DNA of 64,000 nt. Source: Centroscyllium fabricii. Taxonomy: Eukaryota. The translations under genes were made by a program, and so were the position numbers. The notes beneath the pieces were generated by a model. The model saw nothing but the letters and a program-made list of their open reading frames with translations. It searched no databases and was not told where the DNA came from. Location: positions 506,230,001 through 506,294,000 of the forward strand of contig JBNRSN020000003.1 in assembly GCA_051313645.2 (NCBI GenBank), in the 5' to 3' direction. Of the stretch, positions 36,149 to 45,529 are shown one piece after another; the stretch's first letter is position 1; each line of letters opens with the position of its first letter.

Positions 36149-38071
36149 ATGGCGACCGCGGCACGACGCTGGCAGCAGGAGAGAGATCTATTGGACTCAG
36201 CTTTGAATAAAAGAAGCGTAATGGAGGAAAGGATTGCTGACTATGTATTTAGTAAAGTAAATTTAACAAAGCAGTGGATTGGGGACCTGTTGGCAGACAA
36301 ACGCCCACTGGATGCAGCTATCCGTTGGACGGGTAGCAAGGGGCATAAAAAGGCCGTAGAGAAAGCCGTATGGCTTATGTGTTATAAAAGACAGGTCCAG
36401 CTTTCGGACCAGGTGATTGCGGAGCAGACCGCGCAGATAAAAGGGTTGGTCTTAGAAGTGGAGGAAAAGGTCTCAGGGGGGCAGCGGTTAATCACCGCGC
36501 TAGAGGCTCTAAATAATGAGCGCCAGGTGAAGACCAACCGCCATGAAGCGAGGGTTGAGCTCCTAGAGAGACAAGTCGTAGAGGCCATGTCAAGTGAAGG
36601 GAAGCTCAGGGAAAGGTGCGTCCGCCTAAGTGGCCAATTGAAGGCACAGGAGGAGGATTTACTGGGGATGAGGGCAGCTTACAAAATGTCCCTCGAGGCC
36701 AAATATGAGGACGCCGATCATAGCGCCTGTTTAAAGGAGATTCAGGACCTCAGGGAGGCCCTGAACAAGTCAAATGGTCTGGTGTGCCTCATCGACCCAT
36801 CGGTGGGTGAGGTAAAGGTAGCTCAGGAACCCCCGAAGCCAAAGTTAAGGAGGAGGGCGCCGGAGGCACCAGCCCCCGCGCTCCCCGCGCGATCACCCCA
36901 CTATACGCAAGCATGGGAGAAAGGGGACAGAGAGGAGGTGGCGGCAAAGGTTCCCAAAGTGGGGAATCCAGACCCGGCACCCATGTGTCCGGTTCGAGAG
37001 ACGAGGCGGGGTCCCGACACTGCGGCTGGGGATCCCGGGCCCATCCTGAATGAGGTTATAGTGCCCCATAGCTCGCAACAAATAAGGAGCATGATAGGGC
37101 ATTTCAAGAAGCTGTCCGCAGCAGGCGATCCGTCCCTGCATTTTAGGGAGGTCGAACAGGCCGCAGCAATTAACGGCTGTGACGAAGGGGAGCAAGCCAG
37201 GATGTTGCTTTTCTCGTTGGATAGCTCTATTCTTCAGTGTCTCTCCGACGAGAGCAAAAGGGGGGAGAATTGTTATAACGACCTGCGGGACGAGGTCCTA
37301 GAAATATTAGGGATGGACGATGAAGGTCCGTTTGTAAGGCTGGGTAGGACCGTGCAGATGGAGGGAGAACCCCCACGGGTTTTCGCCGGGAGGCTGTGGC
37401 CTGTGTATCAGCGCAGCTGCCCAGATGTACCTGCACGGGCTGTTTTGCGCGATGCCGGGAGAGCCCAGTGGCTCCGGTGTATCGTTGCCAACAGCCTACC
37501 CGCCGTTAGAGAGCAGGCGAAGGTGTGGTTTGACCCCACCGATGCTCTAACCACAGAGGAGACGGTCCTCAACCGACTCACGGTTGGGTATAAAAATACC
37601 AGAAGTTCGGTGATGCACTGCGATAAGGGGAAGGTGTATGCGACTAACGCAAACGCCCCAGCGCAGAGAGAGTGGTATCAGGAGGGGGGCAACCCGGGGC
37701 AGTCTACATGTCATAGATGCGGGAAGGCAGGCCACTGGCGCAGAGACTGTAGAGCCCCATGGAGGGAGGTCAAGGAAAGAGCTCCCGCAGCCCCAGCCCG
37801 AGCACCCACTCCCACAGGAGGTGCCGGCGCGACTCTAAGTCCCGAGACAATTGAGTCGATGCTGGAAGCCATGAAGTTTTATATGACTTCCCAGGGAAAA
37901 GTAGCCCCAACCCGAGCACCCGCTCCCACAGGAGGTGCCGGGGCGACTTTAAGTCCCGAAGCCATTGAGTCCACGCTGGGGGCCATGAAGTTGTATATGG
38001 CTTCCCAGGGGAAGGCAGCGGTGGCCACCGGTTCCGCAGGCACCGCAGCCCCTCACGTGGAAACCCAATGA
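36149..38071 (+). CDS. gag: Gag polyprotein (coiled-coil N-terminus, capsid-like core, one CCHC knuckle)
   Basis: Intact 640-aa ORF after the LTR; CHRCGKAGHWRRDC; 38-aa C-terminal duplication. Confidence 0.85.
   Translation: MATAARRWQQERDLLDSALNKRSVMEERIADYVFSKVNLTKQWIGDLLADKRPLDAAIRWTGSKGHKKAVEKAVWLMCYKRQVQLSDQVIAEQTAQIKGLVLEVEEKVSGGQRLITALEALNNERQVKTNRHEARVELLERQVVEAMSSEGKLRERCVRLSGQLKAQEEDLLGMRAAYKMSLEAKYEDADHSACLKEIQDLREALNKSNGLVCLIDPSVGEVKVAQEPPKPKLRRRAPEAPAPALPARSPHYTQAWEKGDREEVAAKVPKVGNPDPAPMCPVRETRRGPDTAAGDPGPILNEVIVPHSSQQIRSMIGHFKKLSAAGDPSLHFREVEQAAAINGCDEGEQARMLLFSLDSSILQCLSDESKRGENCYNDLRDEVLEILGMDDEGPFVRLGRTVQMEGEPPRVFAGRLWPVYQRSCPDVPARAVLRDAGRAQWLRCIVANSLPAVREQAKVWFDPTDALTTEETVLNRLTVGYKNTRSSVMHCDKGKVYATNANAPAQREWYQEGGNPGQSTCHRCGKAGHWRRDCRAPWREVKERAPAAPARAPTPTGGAGATLSPETIESMLEAMKFYMTSQGKVAPTRAPAPTGGAGATLSPEAIESTLGAMKLYMASQGKAAVATGSAGTAAPHVETQ
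36150..36167 (+). promoter_or_regulatory. Primer-binding site, tRNA-Arg(TCG)-type
   Basis: TGGCGACCGCGGCACGAC lies 3 nt after the LTR. It is 17/18 complementary to the recalled vertebrate tRNA-Arg(TCG) 3' end (GTCCTGCCGCGGTCGCCA). Confidence 0.8.
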
Positions 38072-39742
38072 CTAAGACCCGCGCTGCCCATTTACCTGTG
38101 TCCGCTCCGTTACGATGCATGGAGGAGACCTCTGGTGGAAATGGAGGTGGAGAGACAGGAGGGGAATTATCTGTTGGATACGGGGGCCTCATGCACCGTG
38201 ATCCACACAGAGAAGCCGTTTAATTCCCCAATGTCCACCGGAGTCCCTTTTGCATTAGCCGGGTTTACGGGCAAGGAACAGTGGGGCGCGCGCTCAGCGG
38301 CAGTAGGGGAAGAAGGGGAGATCTTCATCCACAAGGTGAAGGCTCACTCTTCCACGGAACCACGTGGGGGAGGCAATCAGCGGGCGGATGCGCTGGCCAA
38401 GGAGGGTGCTCGTGAAGGCACTTTCTGGGACCCCTACGGGTCCGGACCTGTGGCAGCGATCCGGGACAAGGAGGGGAACCACCCCAGGGTTCCCTTGCCT
38501 TTGGATCTCAAAACGGTCCAAAACCAGGATCCCGTTTTAAAAGCTGTCCTCAAAGCTATTAGTGAGGACAAGCAGGTAGAGGGCCCATATAATAGGGCGA
38601 CCCTCTCCGTTAAGGAGGGTATGTTGTTCAGGGAGGAACAGTGGGTTGTGCCGCAGCAGCACAGGAGGGAATTTCTCCAATTGGCCCACGAGGGTCCAGG
38701 AGCAGGGCACCCCGGGCCAGAGGTTACGTGGCAACGGGTGGATATAAACCAGTGTAAGAGGTATAAGTCGGGCACGCAGGGGTCGACCACAGGGGCAAGC
38801 CCTGTGAGTGGGAACGCCCAGCCAAGTGCAGGACCACAGGTCGCGCAGGCAGGTAAAGTAGCCTGCGTGAAAGGAGAGGCCCCGATGGAGGAGAGGAGGG
38901 TCTCTCGTGCTGTGTGGGATTCGGATGGGGAGGAGCCGGACCAACACGACCAAGTGTTGGATCCGATGGACCAACACGACCAAGTGTTGGATCCGAGTGG
39001 CCAACCCGACCAAGGGTTGGACCTGATTGACCTATGCGACCCAGTGCTAGAGTCAATCACAGGGGAGGAGGAGGGGTCGGAGGACGGGGGTTCCGTTCTC
39101 GACTCGAATGCCGACGAGGTAGGGATAGCGGGCGGAGACTCACCACCTGAGGAGAAAGGTGAGGTGAGGTCAGAAGCCGCAAGAGATCCCAGTCCCGGGG
39201 AAGCGAAGCTGAAGGAGGGAGGGTCGGTGCTGGCAGCTGTGAAGGAGTCACAGGCTGCAGCACGATCCGGCCCGGCCTTCAGTTCGTCGACGAGGCGAGA
39301 GGAGGGAGCGTCGATGCTGACAGATGTGACGGGGTCACAGGCTGTAGCACGACCTGGCCCGGTCCTCAGGTCGTCGACCCAGGGGGCTCTCGGTCCCAGG
39401 GAGGCGAAGCTGGAGGGAGAGAGGTTGGTGCTGGCAGATGTGACGGGGTCACAGGCTGCAGCACAACCTGGCTCGGTCCTCAGTTCGTCGGCCCAGGGGG
39501 CAGTACCTAAAGGCACCCTCCGTCGATCAGATAGGATACCCCAGCCCAGGAAAGCTTGGCCAGAACCATCATATGCCCTCAGGAACAGGAAAAGCCCCCG
39601 CAAAAGGATAATTATCCACCCCCGACAAGCAGCACCAGGCTGCGGAGAATCAAAAGCAGCGACAGGCTGCGGGGAACCAAAGGGAAGGGTCAGCAAGGCA
39701 CCGCCACGGGGAGCGGCCCACTACGACCCTGACAGGGGATAG
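38072..39742 (+). CDS. pol: Deleted Pol: protease, RNase H C-terminus, integrase N-terminus, low-complexity tail; in frame with gag
   Basis: RPLV..YLLDTGAS; HKVKAH..GNQRADALAKEGA; WVVP..LAHEGPGAGHPG; no YxDD and no DDE core. Confidence 0.8.
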   Translation, partial: LRPALPIYLCPLRYDAWRRPLVEMEVERQEGNYLLDTGASCTVIHTEKPFNSPMSTGVPFALAGFTGKEQWGARSAAVGEEGEIFIHKVKAHSSTEPRGGGNQRADALAKEGAREGTFWDPYGSGPVAAIRDKEGNHPRVPLPLDLKTVQNQDPVLKAVLKAISEDKQVEGPYNRATLSVKEGMLFREEQWVVPQQHRREFLQLAHEGPGAGHPGPEVTWQRVDINQCKRYKSGTQGSTTGASPVSGNAQPSAGPQVAQAGKVACVKGEAPMEERRVSRAVWDSDGEEPDQHDQVLDPMDQHDQVLDPSGQPDQGLDLIDLCDPVLESITGEEEGSEDGGSVLDSNADEVGIAGGDSPPEEKGEVRSEAARDPSPGEAKLKEGGSVLAAVKESQAAARSGPAFSSSTRREEGASMLTDVTGSQAVARPGPVLRSSTQGALGPREAKLEGERLVLADVTGSQAAAQPGSVLSSSAQGAVPKGTLRRSDRIPQPRKAWPEPSYALRNRKSPRKRIIIHPRQAAPGCGESKAATGCGEPKGRVSKAPPRGAAHYDPDRG

Positions 39743-40579
39743 GTAGGCCGCCCGGGAGAGGCGGCACTGTACATAATGAAAAATAAGGTTTTTAGTGTCA
39801 AGGGAGTAGCCCGAATTAAGTTTTGATTTTTGTTAAAGGTAAAGGGGAGTGTTTAGGTAAATATGGGATCTGTCCAGGAGGCGTGCACATCTCACCACAG
39901 CCAGGCGCTCTTGGGAGGCCGGCAACCCCTTTGTTTGATTACAGAACCCAGAGAGGCGGGGATTCTGATGACGTGTGCGGGCATCAAAGATGGACTGGCC
40001 TGCCGGGGCCACACCGGGGAGTAAGGACGGCTGGGAACGGACCCAATGGAGCATCCCAGCACGTCGGAATCTGCTTGTGGAGAGACTTGGTTTTATGTGC
40101 CCCGGATCAAGACCATCGCACCCAGAACCGGCGCTATCATCGGTAAAAGGACTTACTTCCGTTGAGGGATAGGAAGATCCCAGCGAGCCGATGGTGGTGG
40201 CTGCAGAAGACCGCCAGAACACTGTACAAACTTTGGGGACAAATGGGGGGATTGGTGAAGAGAAATGTGTGTGTTTATATGTTCCGGATGGTTGTGAGAT
40301 GTTTTTCAAGTTAATAAATGATGTAAACAGGTGGAGACGAAGGCATCGGCCTGGCAGACGTGGAAGGAACCAGGAGGTGTAAGCCATGGTTGTGTAAATA
40401 TACGATTGCCCAGGGTAAAGGCAATGCGAGGTTGATCAAAGGGAATGGGAACCGCATGTGTCATGGGGCAAGAGTTAATTTAGGTAACCAGGAGAGTTGA
40501 GGTGTGGAGAATCGGGAATCTTGCTCAACCTTTCTTAATTGATTCGCTAAGCAGGGTTATGCTAATCAACAGGAGGGAC

Positions 40580-42288
40580 TGTAAGGTCGCAATATTCCCT
40601 GTTAAATTAGATCCACAAAGACAAGAAACGAAGGATGGAGTATACACATTTTATTTTATTTGGACAATGGCAGACAAGACAGGCTGCGGCCTGATCAGAG
40701 AAAAGGGGCCTCCAAGATGGCCGCCGGACCACATGGCACAGTACAAACCGAAACCAAAAACCCAACTCGAAAAGCCCGCGAAGAAACCAGACATAAAGGC
40801 GCTGTTAAACCTGGAAATAAATAGCCTGCCTTTTAGAGGCCGATTAGCCCGACAAAGAAATGCACCCAGTTTAAATAATCACCCAAAACAACTGCAGAAA
40901 CGAAGCAGCTGGTCCGTTCAGCCAGCTACAGAAATTGTATACCCTTCCAGCAGAAAGCGATTAGCACCCTTGAAAACAAAGGGGCTCTAACCTGAGAAGT
41001 TAGAGCCACCATCAAACTATTACCGGCAGACTTGGCTAGACAAAAGGAGTGCAGTAACCGCTTTCCACACACAATACAGGCTCTAATGGGAAAGACATTA
41101 GGCAGTTCGACTGTGGGGTATAACTGGTAGCACATTTCTAGAATTCTCTCTCTTCATCTCGGACTCCCTGGAGGAGGGGGGTTTGACTCTCTTGTAACAG
41201 ACTCTCTTGTAAAATCGCTTCTCATCGGTGAGCTCTTGGAGAAGGCTCTTGGATTTCTCTCTTTCGACTCGTGGAGGCGACCTCTTGAAGCGGTGAGGTC
41301 TAGCAGTGACTTTGGGTGGGCTGTCTTTCTCGAAGACTCCAGTTCAGCTTTCTGGGTGCAGGGCAAGCAAGGTGAAGGCTCTGGCAGGACAGCAGAGTTG
41401 GGTCAGGGCAGTATCGCATCGGAAAACCATTGCCGGTGAGGTAGTTTAGTTGCTGAGGCCCATTAGCGAAGCAAATATTCAAAGTGAGTGAGTTAGAAAA
41501 GGCTGGTTGCAGTTGCATTCGAAGAGTGGGAGAACAATTAGGCTAGCAGCCCGTTACAGTTCGGCTTGAGAGGGCAGGATCGGCATACCCCAGGGTCCGG
41601 TTCAGCCAGGGAGACGGTGCGGTTGGTGTGAGAAGGTAGAGCAGCCTCGAGGAACCCGTCCGGGACCAGCCCGAGCAGGAGCGACCGCCGCCCAAAGGGA
41701 GAAAACAACAAGTGGACTCCCGAATCTTCCACAGCCACGTGACGACCGACGCTGCAGCCGAGGAGACGAGGGACTTCGTAGCAGAACCCGAGTATTACCG
41801 AGTGGTGAGCATGTGCATTGATCCTACACACCTGGACATAGCTAGGCAATAGAGGGAAGGGTGGTTCGTTTGGGGTGTAATTTTAGAGTCATTGCCCCGA
41901 TTTACGATGTGTCGTGCGTTCCCCATCCTATGAGTTGTTTGTGTATGTGCATATGTATATATATCTATTTGGGAACAATTGTTGGTGTTCCATACTGTGT
42001 TGACCCGAGAAAACACCATCTAACTGCTGTAAATATATCTCTTGGTGTAATAAAAACCTTCCTACTTTACAAACTTTTATTCGAGTCAATAGTCTGAGTC
42101 CAATCGGCGTCCATCTCGTCTCTCTCTCTTCTCCTGCACCTAAGTCCAGCGTCTAGAACCGTAAAGAGTGAGCGATTCGAACCGCTCGCGGGGGAGGAGG
42201 TTATTGCGCGAGGCCTAGCGGACTGCTAGCGCAAGGCAATAACCTACCCCAAGTCGTAAAATAAAACATACGGCGCACGCTCCTTACA
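40580..42288 (+). repeat. 3' LTR (1709 bp)
   Basis: Direct repeat of 34438-36146. Confidence 0.95.
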
Positions 42289-44559
42289 GAGCTCAGAATT
42301 GTCCAGACTTGGCCTTCCAATTTATGTTGGGCTGGTTGAAGTCCTCCATCAGTGCCAGCTTCCTTGTCCCACTCATCATTCTGAGCTCATCATAAAATGA
42401 CAACTCATTCTCCTTATTTTGGTAATCAAACTCTATAAATCTTGTCTTGGCCCTTATTCAGCCAGAGAATTTGATACTGCAACCTTTTTTGTGTTGCAAC
42501 TTCCCAGGTGTCACTTGCGTGTAATACAACCCCTTTGCCTTTCCTGTCCACATTGAATGGCCTTTACTTTTGCAGGTTATATCCATTCCCACCATTCTAG
42601 ATTAGCTTTGTCAGTGTGATGCCTATGACATCATAATTGCAGGGGCCACCTTTGCCTCGAGATTCCATTTACAATTATACACGAGGCGCTACAACTGGCC
42701 TCTAATCGGCGACTTGCTGATGACCATTACATCTGGATGAATATGCCACAATAGTAAAAGTGGACTGGGATCCAGTTTTACTTGTTTGAAAAAAAAAAAA
42801 AATCAGACAGAAAAGGTTTATCCTTCATCACAAAATTCCAACACAACGGTGATATTGTTTATTCTTAGATGAAGTGTGGCTACAATCCTTACGCACAGGT
42901 AGTTTTGGTTGACTGCTGAGCACATTAACTGGTTTCCATGACTCTTGCAATCAACACAGCGAGTTCCTGATCACAGTCGGGTCACCCTGGCAGATGCTGA
43001 CTGGAAGCCAAGTGCTTTCCCAAAAGAAAAGATAATCGGTCCAATCACACTTACACAGCTACTCGCAGATAGCAAGAAAACAACACTTTGGAGATGTGAG
43101 AGCAGCCCTCAGAGGGGAATGTGACACACAGAGATTCTAAAGAGGGGAAGGTAAGTAAAGCAAAATACTTCTTAATGCCCTTCATTTATCAAGAAACCTT
43201 CTGGCCAAGAAGGATAATGGCACTTTCATATATATATTTTTTAAAAGACTAATTGCATTTTAAAAAGGCACAAAGGTAGATTATTCTCAAATCAATGGAT
43301 TGAAATGATTCTCCTTATCAGAAGACAATGAAAAACAAAAACAAAAATCGCGCAATAATCACAGCCAAAAATCAGAAAGTGGGAACCCACTGTGGGGACT
43401 TCCGACTGATTCACAAGATGGTGCTTTTACACACAAGGTCTATCTAGGAATTACACATTTCTATTCTTAGCCTATTTGAAGTACAACAGGCTTCTCGAGC
43501 AGAAATTACAATTTTCTACTTAGAATCTAATCACTATCGGCAGAGATGTGTACTGAATACATTCAAAGTGATAATAGGAACGATAAATAAACCACTTAGT
43601 GTTCCCTACATCACCTATTGCAGCTGCTGTAAAATTGATCGATGTGAAGACTTGCTAAACTCCCATCAATTTTCATCAGTGGTAATAACAGAAACATGAA
43701 AGAATCAACAAAAAATAAATCAGATCCAGCTCAAAAAATTACAGATTCAAAACAGTTTCAAATAGACTATGAAAGTTACTAAAGAGCTGGAGTTACCACC
43801 AAATATTAATCATTAACTATTCATATCACATGTTAGAGCTTCTGTGATTCAGAACCAATAATGTGGAATTGTACCACTCTCCTAATAACTTAGGCAAAGG
43901 TACCAGCCTGCATGGTACTGAGCATTACAGACCAGAACATTCAATTCCTGGTCTGTGCTGAATTAGCCATCGCAGCTGGGCTGTATGTGGGGGTGCTACA
44001 ATTTTCCTTAGCATCCTTGGGCTATGGTTGGGGGGGGGGGGGGGGGGGAGGAGGTGGTGAATAAGATTATTAGCCATGGTTCTTACTCTTGATCCTCATG
44101 CCTTTCGCTGTCTAGGCCCCAAACACTGAAATTCCCTCCCGAAACCTCTCAACCTCTATCTCATCCTTTATGACGCTCCTTAAAACCTACCTCTTTGACC
44201 AAGCTTTTGGTCATCTGTCCCATATCTCCTTATGTGGCTCGGTGCCAAAATTTTGTCTGATCACGCTCCTGTGAAGCACTTTAATAAGTGATGTGCCTTA
44301 AATAGAGACTGAGACAGGTAGTTATAACTCAAACAGTTGGCTTTTAATAGCTTAGAACTGGACTGCACTGGAGCCACATGTTGCCTTACAGAAATGGCTT
44401 CTCAGACTGAACAAGGAGGCGGAGCCAGGGGCGAGGTCACAGATGATCTGGACAATCAATGGCACAACAGAGTGAACACAGCATTCCTGGCCAACCAAGA
44501 AAACAGCAGGGTTGCAATAGATTACAATAGGGAACTATACACCGGTAGAATGAGGTATA

Positions 44560-45010
44560 CTTAGTAAACTTATTGTGGTGCAATAAGTCTTATATGTTAA
44601 ATGCACTAGATAAATGTAATTTTAATGTTGTTATGTGTGTGGTCAGAGGAGGAATTACCCTCTGTAGGCACGACTGCCAATGGTGGGGTAAACGGAAGGA
44701 AGGATGTACAAGAACCCAGAACCAGAGGAAGGGAAAGTTTGGAGACGGTTTTAGAGTTGGAGGAGGCTTGCAGAGATAGGAAAGGGGGAGGCTGTAAAGT
44801 GATTTAAAATACGAGGATGTGAATTTTAAATTGGAGGCATTGGGGGACCGAGAGCCAATGTAGAGCAGCAGGAAGAGGGGTGATAGGGGAGTGCAAACTG
44901 AGGCAGCAGAGATTTGGAGCAGCTGAAGTTTACGGACCGTGGAGACTTGGGAGGCCAGCCAGGAGAGCAATGGAATAGTCATGTCTGGAGGTGATGAAGG
45001 TATAGATGAA
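44560..45010 (-). mobile_element. L2 LINE 3' fragment
   Basis: Reverse-strand match to the L2 pieces at 1000 and 26010. Another small + strand piece lies at ~44100-44280. Confidence 0.6.
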
Positions 45011-45529
45011 GGTTTCAATGGCAGCAAGGAAAGATGGGGGCCATACCAAAGGAAACAGCCAAGATGAGAGAGTAAAGGTTTTGCTGGGGAGGAGGGAAAC
45101 AATGATGGAAGCGAGGAAGTGGTTGAGCAGATTGACGGCTGCAGAAGTATGGTGGCAACAGTTTGTTTAGGACACTGACCAATCAGCATTCACTATTCAC
45201 AGGCCAATGCTGTTCTATTGCCACCCACTAGGAGGTATGCTAGAGCTGCCAAAGGTGCAATTCCTCCTACAGTTTTCTCTCCCTTTGAACAGAGCAAAAG
45301 CCAATCTCCACACGTTCGGACAGCAGACTGGGAACTCAGCATATGGAAATTTGAGAGATTCAATCTGCATCTTATCACCCTACAGCTCAGCTCACTGAAG
45401 CTTCAGTGCATTGCCTGCATCTCAATAAGCTTTCTCGTAAGGGAGGCTCACCATATTTACCATAATGTGGAGGAGCCGGTGTTGGACTGGGGTGGACAAA
45501 TGCAAGAAGTCACACAACACCAGATTATA

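Larger units (their letters stand above)
34438..42288 (+). mobile_element. Retrovirus-like LTR element, internally deleted, very young
   Basis: TGTAAG..CTTACA LTRs, 4-bp TSD GAGC, PBS, PPT (AACAGGAGGGAC), gag plus partial pol. Confidence 0.93.

Noticed and set aside
38937-39050. CRISPR-like 30-bp repeats
   Set aside because: These are contiguous coding tandem repeats without spacers, in a eukaryotic context.
38434-39696. 420-aa antisense ORF in pol
   Set aside because: Explainable as the shadow of a GC-rich, Tyr-poor repetitive sense ORF; non-ATG start; no motifs.
39743-40579. env gene
   Set aside because: No long ORF, signal peptide, furin site or transmembrane segment.
40580-42288. Assembly duplication instead of an LTR pair
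   Set aside because: TSD, PBS, PPT, TG..CA termini and three substitutions support genuine LTRs.
45218-45529. N-terminal extension making an 879-aa chimeric RT gene
   Set aside because: A chance open frame through flank and antisense Penelope pLTR upstream of a truncated CR1.
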